Assembly: GCA_027310185.1 (NCBI GenBank)
Contig: DAIDBH010000018.1
Span: 64,001 to 128,000 of the forward strand
DNA length: 64,000 bases
Reading direction: 5' to 3'
Source of the DNA: Thermoplasmatales archaeon
GTDB lineage: Archaea; Thermoplasmatota; Thermoplasmata; Thermoplasmatales; Thermoplasmataceae
Below, piece by piece: positions 1 to 10,201 of the stretch (position 1 is its first letter; every line of letters begins with the position of its first letter). A program made the translations under genes and the position numbers. The notes beneath the pieces were generated by a model. It did not search any database and was not told where the DNA came from. It worked only from the letters and a program-made list of their open reading frames with translations.

Positions 1-121
1 ATAGCAGGATTATGAGCCTTGCAGTGGATTTCATAACGGGTTCCCTAAGATTCTCTCCCAGCCTCTCAAGGAGCTGTGATACCCTTTCATCACTCTCCCT
101 ATCACCACTCAAATCAATCAA
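1..121 (-). CDS. Probable winged-HTH transcriptional regulator, N-terminal part (runs off window start)
   Basis: Manual translation from TTG at 121 gives MIDLSGDRESDERVSQLLERLGENLREPVMKSTARLIILL; overlaps the stop of the upstream gene; RLIILL resembles helix 1 of ArsR-like wHTH proteins. Confidence 0.5.
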   Translation of the reverse strand, partial: MIDLSGDRESDERVSQLLERLGENLREPVMKSTARLIILL

Positions 122-794
122 CCCTTAAATGTTCAGATGTTTCTTCCATCATTTTAGTGTAATCCCTGAGAGAAATGTAGCCTGAAATGAACCAACACCC
201 TGAAGCTATAAGCCAGATGAAGCCGTATAATGTGTAACCATATCCAATGAAAGAAGATAATGTGCTTAATGCAGCGCTGAAAAGAAAGCTTCCCGAAGAG
301 AGGTACCCTTCAAAAGGGATTTCTCCCATGTCTTTCTTCATTCCCCTGAATATGCCAGTATAAATGAGCAAGAAGATAATAAATAGTCCAATGAGCCCAA
401 TAGGGTATCTCAGGATACCAGATGCAAGGAACAGGATCATGATGAAAAGCAGGACATTTATGAATATGGTGGCAATCCTGTTTCTTATGCCTTCCTCAAC
501 AAATCCCCTGCTCAATTTTCCCAGAGCTCTTGCTCTCTTAAAGAGAGATGTAGTAACATACATGGCCATGAAGAATATGGCTCCATAGATCACCAAATAT
601 AGAATTATCTGGATCGTCTGGTTTCTTATACCAGCAATTGGGATATAAACGGTGTCAAATAAAGCAATTGCAATTGCCCATACTATATAGTATAAACCCC
701 ATGTTTTCTTTAGGATCTTCCTATCCAGCCTGACAGCCTCCATGGTGACCTTTCTTATCTGGTCAATCGCCTGATCCAGCTCAGACTCCGTCAC
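114..794 (-). CDS. Multi-pass membrane protein
   Basis: 226 aa, ~6 hydrophobic segments; 4-nt overlap with the upstream permease. Confidence 0.75.
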   Translation of the reverse strand: MTESELDQAIDQIRKVTMEAVRLDRKILKKTWGLYYIVWAIAIALFDTVYIPIAGIRNQTIQIILYLVIYGAIFFMAMYVTTSLFKRARALGKLSRGFVEEGIRNRIATIFINVLLFIMILFLASGILRYPIGLIGLFIIFLLIYTGIFRGMKKDMGEIPFEGYLSSGSFLFSAALSTLSSFIGYGYTLYGFIWLIASGCWFISGYISLRDYTKMMEETSEHLRVD

Positions 795-1597
795 ACTCTT
801 CTGGCCTCCTCAATAGATCTGGCCTTTATCTTCTTCACCAGTATCATGTTCAGTACTAGCAATACAAGTATCCATATAAAAATAGACGTCAGTAGCAGAT
901 AGCCATTTACATCTCCACCAGAAACGGTTACAAGATCAAGCGGTAATTCCCTGCCATAGAATGCCTGAAGGAATAACCTCAATATTGCAGTAAAGGGTGA
1001 ACCATAGACTATATACAGTGGCAATCCTACATCAAGTGCACTCAATCCGAACAGATATGAGAGCAATTGTGGGAGCATCATTAAAAAAGATATATTTTTT
1101 AATCCAATATAATTGTTCGCTGCAATAACAAGGAACACGGCAAGAAGAAACATGAAAACTCCAGTGAGTACAAACAGTCCAACTGTTTCCGGTATCTCTA
1201 TTGGATAGATCATATATCCAGCCCGCATACTGAAAACGACTATTATGAGTGCCGTAAGAACACTTCCCACAATTAGATTCACCACTGCGCTGGATGCCAT
1301 GAGGTTGTAAATGTAGTTAAATGGTTTCAGGACTGTGTACTTGAATGAATATATGAGAGATGAATTTGCATAGTATACTGAATATGCCACAGAGGTGCTT
1401 AGAACAGAGCCTGCTATGAGCCCAATAAATGCAAACCATTCTGACGTGTATTCCAGGCTGCTGTTATGTGTGGAAAAACTGGAGGAACCATCAAGGAAAT
1501 AAGCTCCCATCACAATCCAGAAAAACATGAATCCTATGGACCATCCCAGAAGAGACTTGTTTGTAAGAAGGCTTTTTGTGTAATATCTGCCTATCAT
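791..1597 (-). CDS. ABC-2 type exporter permease
   Basis: ~6 TM segments, coupled to the ABC ATPase. Confidence 0.75.
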   Translation of the reverse strand: MIGRYYTKSLLTNKSLLGWSIGFMFFWIVMGAYFLDGSSSFSTHNSSLEYTSEWFAFIGLIAGSVLSTSVAYSVYYANSSLIYSFKYTVLKPFNYIYNLMASSAVVNLIVGSVLTALIIVVFSMRAGYMIYPIEIPETVGLFVLTGVFMFLLAVFLVIAANNYIGLKNISFLMMLPQLLSYLFGLSALDVGLPLYIVYGSPFTAILRLFLQAFYGRELPLDLVTVSGGDVNGYLLLTSIFIWILVLLVLNMILVKKIKARSIEEARRV

Positions 1598-2385
1598 AGT
1601 GCCACCTCATCAAATATGGAATTCAGGTTGCTGACAGAAGCTATATGGACATCTCCTTTGCCAAGAGTTATTGAGAATTTTCCAAGATCTGATTCAATGA
1701 GGCCCATGTTACCTGGCACATCCCCCTTTGATACATAGAGATCCTTAAGCATATTAGCGTTGAATTTACCATATACGTGGCCGTCCAGGATGAAATAAAG
1801 AGACCAGCCTTCCAGGTAATTGACCAGATTCAGTTCATGGGTGTTCAAAAATATATCTGCCTTGATGTCCTTCAGCATTCTTATAAGTCTTATCCTCCTA
1901 GACTGGTCAACATTATCAAATGGTTCATCAAGTAGTATAACTGAAGGAGAAAAACTCAAGGCAAGTATATTCCCTACCATCTTCTGCTCTCCTGAGCTCA
2001 GCTGGAATATTTTCTTCTTCAATATGCTTCTAAGCTGAAAATCATCCATCAGCCTGAAGGCATATGTCGGATCGCTCTTCTTCAGTTCCGCAAAAATTTG
2101 AATCAGGTCAGAAATTGTTCCCGAAGTCAATCTATATACTTCTGGAAGATTTGTTGCCAGTCCCAGATACCCCTGAATTTTGCTCACTTCAACATTATCA
2201 ATTGTTACCTCACCATGGGTTTTTTCAAGGATTCCGAGTAATAACTTTATAACGCTCGTTTTTCCGGATCCGTTTGGCCCGATCATAACCACTTTCTCTC
2301 CGCTCAGTGAAATGTTTACATTATTCAGGGCGGCTCTTCCATCACCACCTGAATAGCGGGCTGTAACGTTCTTCAATTCAATCAT
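1594..2385 (-). CDS. ABC transporter ATP-binding protein
   Basis: Walker A GPNGSGKT, signature LSSGE, Walker B ILLDE, H-loop NTHE. Confidence 0.93.
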   Translation of the reverse strand: MIELKNVTARYSGGDGRAALNNVNISLSGEKVVMIGPNGSGKTSVIKLLLGILEKTHGEVTIDNVEVSKIQGYLGLATNLPEVYRLTSGTISDLIQIFAELKKSDPTYAFRLMDDFQLRSILKKKIFQLSSGEQKMVGNILALSFSPSVILLDEPFDNVDQSRRIRLIRMLKDIKADIFLNTHELNLVNYLEGWSLYFILDGHVYGKFNANMLKDLYVSKGDVPGNMGLIESDLGKFSITLGKGDVHIASVSNLNSIFDEVAL

Positions 2386-2483
2386 AAAATGAAATGTTCA
2401 GAGACCTATTAAAAAGATACAGGAGTTCAAAATTTGAACTAAGTCAATTTCGAAAGGAAAAAAAGTGGTTTGAAAATATGGCT

Positions 2484-4505
2484 TTACCAGATGAATATCT
2501 TCTTTTCAAGTCCCTTCTTGATCTTGGAGAGCTCCATGAAGGAGGAATCAAACTTCTCGTGGTTCATAACCGGGATAGAACCCCTGAATACATTGGGAGA
2601 ATGCGGATCTATGGATATTCTTCTCCTTATCTCAGGTTCCCTGTTGTTTCCCCTCCATATCTGTGCCCACGATAGGAAGAACCTCTGTTCCGGTGTGAAG
2701 CCATCAATCTTCCTGTTGAGTTCAGGATTCTTCTTCAGCCTTCTCTGCAATGCCTCGAAAGCAATGCTCACTCCCCCAAGATCTGCAATATTCTCTCCCA
2801 GGGTTAGTTTTCCATTAACATGTAGTCCTGGCAGAACTTCCAGGGAATCATAAAGCTTTACAACCTCATCTGCCCTTTCCGTGAACTTCTTCGCGTCCTC
2901 CTCTGTCCACCAGTCCTTCAGGTTTCCATCCATGTCATATCGTCTTCCCTGATCATCAAATCCATGGGTGATCTCGTGTGAGATTACACCTCCAATTCCA
3001 CCATAATTAACCGCATCGTCCATGGTAGCGTCAAAGAATGGTGGCTGAAGTATGCCCGCAGGAAATACTATCTCATTTTCTGTCGGTGAAAAGTAGGCGT
3101 TTACCGTTGGTGGTGTCATAAGCCACAGTTCCCTGTCAACCTGTTCACCTATTCTTGAAGATTCCCTTTTGAACTCAAAGTTTTCAGACCTCATAACATT
3201 TCCAAGGAGATCATCCTTCTTTATCTGAATGGATGAGTAATCAATGAACTTTGTTGGGTATCCGATCTTGGCCCTGAACTTGCTGAATTTTTCAAGTGCC
3301 TTTTTCTTCGTTACCTCACTCATCCATGGTAAATTCTTCAGTTTCTCCTCGAAGACAGATCTAATGTCATTAACCATTGTTTCCATCCTTTCCCTTGCTT
3401 CTTTACCGAATTCCTGTTCCACATATAGTTCTCCAAGGGCCTCACCAATCGATCTGTCAACAATATTCACTGCCTTCTTCCATCTTTTCTCAGGCACTTC
3501 CTGTCCCAGAAGTTTCCTGTTGAAGAAATCAAAATGCTCCATCTCAGCAGCTTCATGAAGGTAGGGTGCAGCATAATTGATCGTGTTCCATTTCAGGTAT
3601 ACTTTCAGGTCTTCCAGTGAAAACTCTTCAAGCATTTTATTCACGGCTTCCAGCACTTCAGGCTGCCCAACAACTATGTATTCAGTTTTAGGCACTTCAG
3701 AAAGTTCAAGGTATTTCACAAGATTCAATTTCCCGAATTTTTCATTAAGTTCACTGTAAGATATCCTGTTGTAATTCTTCTCAGAATCTCTGAGATCTGC
3801 CTGCGGTCTGCTTGCCTTTGCAATGTAAGTTTCTATTTTCATGACCTTATCTGCAAAATCCTTTGACTCCCCATCAGAAGATCCGTACATGGTGAACATA
3901 TTCTGCATATGTTTCACAAAATATTCCCTTGTCTTCTGGAATGAATCCTGGATATAGTAATCCCTGTTTGGCAGTGAAAGCCCACCCTGATATATGTAGA
4001 ATGCATAGACTGAACTGTTCTTCTCATCTGGCATAGAGAAAACAGAAAAGAAATTTCCTATGCCATTTGAATGCAGGTACTGTGAAACTTCCACTATTTC
4101 TTCCTTGTTCCTGACATTGCTTATCTTTTCCATTATGGGCTTTACCGGCTCGAATTTTTTTTCCTCCAGCTTCTTCTGATCCATTATGGAAACATAGAAA
4201 TCTCCGACCATTTTTTCTATGTCTCTCTTATTGCCGCTCTCAAGAGCACATTTCTCGAGTATCTTTCCAAGGATGTATATGTTCCTGTCCCTGAGCTCCA
4301 TGAACCCTCCCCATGAGGATTTGTCGGGTGGAATTGGATGTGTGTCTATCCATTTTCCATTTGCAAACCTGTAAAAGTTTGCCATTGGGTCTTCATTCAC
4401 ATCCATGTTATGGATTGAAAATTTTGCTTCTTCAGGCCTTTCCTTCGGATCTATTTTTTCAATAAAACTGCTATCAGCCATGTCACCTGTATCCACTAAT
4501 TCCAT
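2484..4505 (-). CDS. M13 family zinc endopeptidase (PepO/neprilysin-like); start may be ATG 4481
   Basis: VNAYFSP, FPAGILQPPFF, HEITH and GENIADLGG motifs; no signal peptide. Confidence 0.95.
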   Translation of the reverse strand: MELVDTGDMADSSFIEKIDPKERPEEAKFSIHNMDVNEDPMANFYRFANGKWIDTHPIPPDKSSWGGFMELRDRNIYILGKILEKCALESGNKRDIEKMVGDFYVSIMDQKKLEEKKFEPVKPIMEKISNVRNKEEIVEVSQYLHSNGIGNFFSVFSMPDEKNSSVYAFYIYQGGLSLPNRDYYIQDSFQKTREYFVKHMQNMFTMYGSSDGESKDFADKVMKIETYIAKASRPQADLRDSEKNYNRISYSELNEKFGKLNLVKYLELSEVPKTEYIVVGQPEVLEAVNKMLEEFSLEDLKVYLKWNTINYAAPYLHEAAEMEHFDFFNRKLLGQEVPEKRWKKAVNIVDRSIGEALGELYVEQEFGKEARERMETMVNDIRSVFEEKLKNLPWMSEVTKKKALEKFSKFRAKIGYPTKFIDYSSIQIKKDDLLGNVMRSENFEFKRESSRIGEQVDRELWLMTPPTVNAYFSPTENEIVFPAGILQPPFFDATMDDAVNYGGIGGVISHEITHGFDDQGRRYDMDGNLKDWWTEEDAKKFTERADEVVKLYDSLEVLPGLHVNGKLTLGENIADLGGVSIAFEALQRRLKKNPELNRKIDGFTPEQRFFLSWAQIWRGNNREPEIRRRISIDPHSPNVFRGSIPVMNHEKFDSSFMELSKIKKGLEKKIFIW

Positions 4506-4663
4506 TATAACTCTTATCCGTTTTATTAAGGTACTTCCGGTAATTTTAAAATATTTACACTCAGTAAAGTTGTAGTGAAGTAATGTATTATCTAATAAAT
4601 ATATTAAAAGAATTTGCCTGTGCGATTATATAAAAAATATAAGACACATACTGATTACCAGAA

Positions 4664-5653
4664 ATGATTCTTTCAGTTGATGGTGGAGCAACCAAAACAT
4701 GTGCACTTCTTTTCGATGAGACATCAAAGAGACTATTATCAGTAGGACTTGCAGGTCCATCCAATTTTACTGCTGTACCGGAAAGCGTAGCCTCAGAAAA
4801 TATTAAAAGCACAGTCATGCAGGTGGAAGAAAAAAGTGGAATCAGCATCAATGACCAGACAAGGATTATCATAGGGCTGGCAGGAATCGGAGATTCGACA
4901 GGTGCAACGGAAAGAGGGAAAAATATGCTGGGGGACATTTTCCACAGGAGCGATCTCAGGATCGAGAATGATGGTTTCGTCGCATACAGGATGTCAAATA
5001 TGTTCAGTGATGGCGTGGTATTTGCACCGGGTACAGGAAGCGTTGGCATGTTCCAGAAGGATGGGAAAATAACCCGAATAGGAGGGTGGGGATGGTTTGC
5101 AGGAGATGAAGGGTCAGCGTCATGGATAGGAAGGGAAGCAATCAGGACAGCAGAAAGGCAGATGGACGGAATACTTGAAGGAAATGATTTTGTAAATCTG
5201 GTTTCAGGGCATTTTGGTGAAGATTTTCGCGAGGTAGTAGGATCACTGGAAAGAGATCACAACAAGAGAAAAGTTGCTTTACTAAGCCCAAAGGTAGTTG
5301 AAATGGCAAGGAGTGGTGAAAAATATGCCACGGAAATAATTAAAAGTGCAGCTAATTATGATGCGTTGATTGTGAATTCCATGCTTAAATCCTTTAAAGA
5401 TTGCCCTGAAGTCTCTGTTCTTGGAGGTACTATGATCGCTGGTTCAATAATCAGGGACAGGATTTCTTCCAGCGTCAGGTGCAAGATAAGATTCTTCAAT
5501 GGATATCACGTAGCGATAGGTGGAATAGTGCTTGCTTTGAGCGAACAGGGCAACACTGTTAATACAGCTTTAAGAGACAGCATAATTGAAGATCTGGATG
5601 AAAGAATCAGGAACTTTGATCACGAAATAAGGATTAATTCACTGGGCTATTAA
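4664..5653 (+). CDS. BadF/BadG/BcrA/BcrD-type ATPase, N-acetylglucosamine-kinase-like
   Basis: VDGGATKT, GTGS, GGWGWFAGDEGSASWIG. Confidence 0.88.
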   Translation: MILSVDGGATKTCALLFDETSKRLLSVGLAGPSNFTAVPESVASENIKSTVMQVEEKSGISINDQTRIIIGLAGIGDSTGATERGKNMLGDIFHRSDLRIENDGFVAYRMSNMFSDGVVFAPGTGSVGMFQKDGKITRIGGWGWFAGDEGSASWIGREAIRTAERQMDGILEGNDFVNLVSGHFGEDFREVVGSLERDHNKRKVALLSPKVVEMARSGEKYATEIIKSAANYDALIVNSMLKSFKDCPEVSVLGGTMIAGSIIRDRISSSVRCKIRFFNGYHVAIGGIVLALSEQGNTVNTALRDSIIEDLDERIRNFDHEIRINSLGY

Positions 5654-5769
5654 AAATAAATTACTTCATTATAATTAAACAGATTTTCAGGAACTTAGAT
5701 CCAGTATGGTATTTAAAATACACTAATCGGTATATCCAATAAGATTATTATATATAAGAAAGATTTCAA

Positions 5770-7350
5770 TTGTCTGGAATGAACACAATCAAAGATATTT
5801 CAAATTCGATTCTCTCAAAGATGAAGCCAAGGGTAATCATTATAATTTCCCTGGTATGCATCCTGATATTTCCGGCAGTACTCATAGAAAATAGTTCCAT
5901 TCCAACCAGCGACTCTAACCTGTATCTTCTCAGCTCTCCCTATGATCAGGGGCCAGTATTCCTGGGACCACCACCAAGCAGTAACAGTTCTCAAACATAT
6001 TATCTGCTAAATAACAAACTCAATCCTGGTTCTAACCTGTCTCTTAAACTAAATGTTTCTGCCCAGACCTATAACCTGTTTTTCAAAAATTATAGCTCCA
6101 TCAATATATACTTCCGGCAGAAGACTGGAAATCAGGGTAATTTTACACTCAACGATTCGGTTTTGACATCACTTTTGCCTGAAAAGTATGATAATAAGGA
6201 GTATACCATTCAAAGCTATTATCTTGAGAACTATACGGTTCTAAATTCCAGGGGTCATCAACTGGCAAACCAGAAGGATGAAAGATTTGGATTCAACTCT
6301 TATGAAATCATAAATGTGAAGAATAAAAATTTAATGGGGAATTTCTACATAGCTTACCTCCCTTCATATCTTTTAGGATACTACGGTCTTGCACCTGTTA
6401 TTATGTTTAATGGACCTCATGCTGGAAATTACAATTTATCATATCATCTGTATAATCCACAGAACAACAATTCAGTGGGATCAATGGTATACCTGGGTAA
6501 TTTCTCATTCAATAAACCTTACTCCTTTAATTCCAACGAGCAAACTGTCCTATCAATGAATGAGGCATATAATGTTACGTTCTTCGTGAATGGAACTGCA
6601 ATAGCAACCAATTATCAAAACAGTGTTTTCGCATCCTCTTCCTCGAGCATATCATTCCTGGGATTACTTGGCAACACCGGATCGGAGATAATGCTTCTTG
6701 TAACAGTGTTTATGGTGTTGATGCTGTTCGTGCCAATGTTCAATCCCTCTGTTTACAAATATTATCTATCCCTGCCAAGGAAGAGATGGTATACAGTCAT
6801 TAGTGAATTTGCATCGTCTATCATGACAATGTCCATATTTGAGGGATTCGCATTCGCTGCCACTTATATCATATCAGAATCACTTTTGCACTATTCACTA
6901 TCAAGCCTTGCATTTGTTTACATCTACCTGTTCAGTATTGCTGCTTTTACTGTATTTGCCTCACTTTACCTTTTGGTAGGTGTGTACTTCATAGGCAGGG
7001 CAACGCCAAAAACCTTCCTCACCATATTCCTGGTGCTGGGATACCCCATTATTGATTCCATTTCGCAGGCAATTTTTGAGTTAGGATCTTTATTGCCATT
7101 TTATTCTAGTAATTCCCTTTTCAAGCCAGTGCTAGAAAACATACGAACACTGAATGTCATCAGTGGCATATTGCCCGTACTTAATGTGGAAGAATTGAAC
7201 AGCTATTTCCTGAGAAGTCCGGTCAGTGGAGTGATAATGCTGAATCATCTCTCAATATTCGATCTGTCTCCCATAATATTCCTGTCATCCATAATTGGAA
7301 TTTCATTGGCTTTGTTTTACCTGTCAATAAAGAGGTATTACAGGTACTAA
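5770..7350 (+). CDS. Membrane protein with a large Asn-rich extracellular domain, ABC-2-permease-like C-terminus
   Basis: N-terminal TM, ~250-aa N/S/Y-rich loop, then ~5-6 TM with YYLSLPRKRW loop. Confidence 0.7.
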   Translation: MSGMNTIKDISNSILSKMKPRVIIIISLVCILIFPAVLIENSSIPTSDSNLYLLSSPYDQGPVFLGPPPSSNSSQTYYLLNNKLNPGSNLSLKLNVSAQTYNLFFKNYSSINIYFRQKTGNQGNFTLNDSVLTSLLPEKYDNKEYTIQSYYLENYTVLNSRGHQLANQKDERFGFNSYEIINVKNKNLMGNFYIAYLPSYLLGYYGLAPVIMFNGPHAGNYNLSYHLYNPQNNNSVGSMVYLGNFSFNKPYSFNSNEQTVLSMNEAYNVTFFVNGTAIATNYQNSVFASSSSSISFLGLLGNTGSEIMLLVTVFMVLMLFVPMFNPSVYKYYLSLPRKRWYTVISEFASSIMTMSIFEGFAFAATYIISESLLHYSLSSLAFVYIYLFSIAAFTVFASLYLLVGVYFIGRATPKTFLTIFLVLGYPIIDSISQAIFELGSLLPFYSSNSLFKPVLENIRTLNVISGILPVLNVEELNSYFLRSPVSGVIMLNHLSIFDLSPIIFLSSIIGISLALFYLSIKRYYRY

Positions 7351-7696
7351 ACTATAGAATTTGGGCAATGTATTGATCGCTTGAACCAAAATTATAGGAT
7401 TGAATTGCTCTAATCATTGAACAGGTTAAGAATTAACTACAGGATAAAAATAGTTGAAGGTGAGGTGTGAAATTGATAAAGTAGAATAGTAATTATTCTA
7501 ATTTCAACCATTTGCTACTATCTAACAGTGGGAGAATTTACTGAAAAAAATGAGCTCTATAACACAGTTAAAGATCATATATTCCTGAAATAAGAGAAAG
7601 TAATCATCCATGTCCTGAAAATTGATAAGATTATTTCAGGGAAAACTGATCAATGTATGAGGATAAATTTATTATGCTCCTAGAAGTAATAAGGCA

Positions 7697-7903
7697 ATGA
7701 AAAAAAGCATCTATGCGATCATTACTATTGGTATTATTTCCATAGTGATTTTAGCAATCAATGTTATGGCTTTTTTATATAATGACGTAACTGAGTATCT
7801 CTACGTTCTGGACATGGTATATGTCATCGGCAACAGTGCACATCTTGTGGCATTGTCCATATCTTCCAGTGGACTGGACATAAGTTCTCAGGGTAACAAA
7901 TAA
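7697..7903 (+). CDS. Small hydrophobic hypothetical protein
   Basis: 68 aa, MKK followed by a hydrophobic helix. Confidence 0.45.
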   Translation: MKKSIYAIITIGIISIVILAINVMAFLYNDVTEYLYVLDMVYVIGNSAHLVALSISSSGLDISSQGNK

Positions 7904-8387
7904 ACAAATTTTTAATAGTTCTGGAAAAGCCATAATCAATCAAGGCATCCAGTAGGTCAATGTTGAGGAAAATTGAATGAAGTTGATAATTATTGAAAAA
8001 TAAGTTTACTCACGCCCAATGATCCTTACTGTTTCATTTCCAACACTGAAGGCATAATAATTAATGACCCAGTCACTGATATTCCTGGCAACATCACATG
8101 GATCTAACTCAGGTATGTCAATCTGTTTAAGATTAATGTTGGAAAGGCGATAATGGTTGGTAGAAAATGTCTATATATTAACACAGGTTAATTGTTCATG
8201 TGAGTGAAGTCAACTTACTTGATGAAAACCATGGCCATTTCAAGTTTAATAGACTATCTGTAACAAAGTTCAATGAAAATAAACTAAAAAGTATTAAAAG
8301 TCATAAACCGAAACACTGGAAAGAGACAATATTTTGCTTTATGGCATTCAATAGAGCAAAAATAAAGATTTTAAAGGAGGGTAATGC

Positions 8388-8621
8388 ATGAAACCATTCT
8401 CCAATACGGTGAATATACCACTGTTAATAATAGCAATTGGAGTGCTTGCATATTTTCTAATAGATCTTGAAACAATTGTGCGAGGAATTGCAGTTATTAC
8501 CGGGCCGATATACCCACTTTACATTTCAATTGGTGTTTCAGTTCTTACAATTATGCTAATTATATCTTCTATCCTGGCAAGAATCAAGTGGGAGAGAGAT
8601 CACAAAGAGGAAGAAATTTGA
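8388..8621 (+). CDS. Small two-TM membrane protein
   Basis: 77 aa, SD-like GGAGGGT upstream, two hydrophobic helices, charged tail. Confidence 0.6.
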   Translation: MKPFSNTVNIPLLIIAIGVLAYFLIDLETIVRGIAVITGPIYPLYISIGVSVLTIMLIISSILARIKWERDHKEEEI

Positions 8622-8687
8622 AAGATGAATAATGAAATGCAAATATGGTGAGTTTTTAGAATCCACATCCCTAAAAAATATATTCAG

Positions 8688-9671
8688 TCACCAGTACTGA
8701 TGTACCAGTGGTTTTATCTCTTTCGTGTAGACCTGTTAGACCACTTTCATGGTGTCATCATTAAGATCAGGCATATCCGAAGCAGTTGCATTTTCTTTTA
8801 TTTGGGTCACCCTCTTTGCCCCTGTTATTACTGTAGAAACCTGCTTATGCATCAATATCCACTTCAATGCAAATTCTGTCATCGTAAAGCCAGTAGGTAG
8901 AAACTGCTTCAATTCATTTACAGTTCGGATACCAAGATTAAAATCAACTCCTGCAAACGTTTCTCCCCTATCGAAGGCCTCACCATTCCTGTTAAACCTC
9001 CTGTGATCATCTCCTTCAAATTCTTCCGTTCCTTTGAACTTTCCAGTGAGTAATCCTGAAGCCAGCGGAACTCTTGCTATTATACCAATATTCCTCTTCT
9101 CTGCCAGTTCAAAGAAATAATCTGATGGTCTCTGCCTGAACATGTTGAATATAATCTGCACAGTTGACACTCCAGGATATTCTGAAGCCTTTATGGCTTC
9201 TTCAACCTTTTCAACACTCACACCATAATTCAGGATCAGTCCCTCTTCCTTCAATTTATCCATGGAGTTAAAAAGTTCTGGGATATAGTACACCTCCCAT
9301 GGAGGACAGTGCAGTTGAAGCAATTCAATTTCTTTCAAGTTCAAATTCTTCAGGCTTTTCTCTACGAATCCTTTAATATTTTTGTAGTTGTATCCTGCAG
9401 CGATATGTGGATTTAATCTTCTTCCAGCCTTCGTGGCAACGTGAATCTGGTCTCCATATTCTTTCTTTAGTTCTCCAATAAGTCTCTCAGACCTGCCATC
9501 TCCATAAACATCTGCAGTATCAAAGAAATTTATACCACTTTCCACAGCAGCATGAAGTGTTTTCCTGGATTCATCATCGTTCACCTCTCCCCATGTTCCA
9601 CCTATTGCCCATGCCCCAAATCCTATTTCAGACACTTTAATTCCAGTTTTTCCAAGTGTTCTATATTTCAT
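8688..9671 (-). CDS. Aldo/keto reductase with premature TAA at 8736-8738, removing the C-terminal tail
   Basis: FDTADVYG, ATK, LQLH, VPLASGLLTGK; frame continues after TAA as QVYTKEIKPLVHQYW to TGA at 8688-8690. Confidence 0.88.
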
Positions 9672-9726
9672 ATTTCCAACCTTCTATTAATTATAAATTG
9701 AAAAGCTCAATTGATAATTTATTACC

Positions 9727-10200
9727 CTATTGAGTCATCCATTTAAGATCCTCTGGTATACCCCTGTTCTGAGCTATATACTTGAAAACCAATGCACTGG
9801 GTCGCATTTGAATCTTTTTGGTCTTTAGATCAACACCAAGTAATCCGAATTTCATTCCAAAACCAGATGACCACTTATAATTATCTAAAAGTGACCAATG
9901 AAGGTAACCCCTGACGTCTATTCCATCATTGATTGCTTTTTCAACCTGATGAATATGGGAAACAAGATATTTTGGTCTCAGTAAATCGAATGAGTCTGAG
10001 AGTCCATTTTCTGTTACAATCATAGGAAACTTATAATGCTCATGATACTGCTTCAGAACGTTATAAAGTCCTTCTGGGTATAATTCCCAGCCAAAATCGC
10101 TTACTTCAAGACCCGCTTTACTTTTCATTCCTGCTACAGCGTTGTGACCATAACCTCTAACAACTGTATAACTCCCTTCCTTTCTTGATATTACATTCCT
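9727..10200 (-). pseudogene. GH1 beta-glycosidase, C-terminal remnant
   Basis: SDFGWELYPEG, TENG nucleophile, VRGYLHWSLLDNYKW; the N-terminal part with the NEP acid/base motif is absent. Confidence 0.88.
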
Positions 10201-10201
10201 A

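Noticed and set aside
8200-8391. 63-aa ORF and a possible IS-end-like AGACTATCTGTAA
   Set aside because: No partner inverted repeat, target duplication or transposase seen; weak start
7697-8621. Small hydrophobic ORFs as an archaeocin cluster
   Set aside because: No leader motif, modifying enzyme or ATPase adjacent; not supportable from sequence alone
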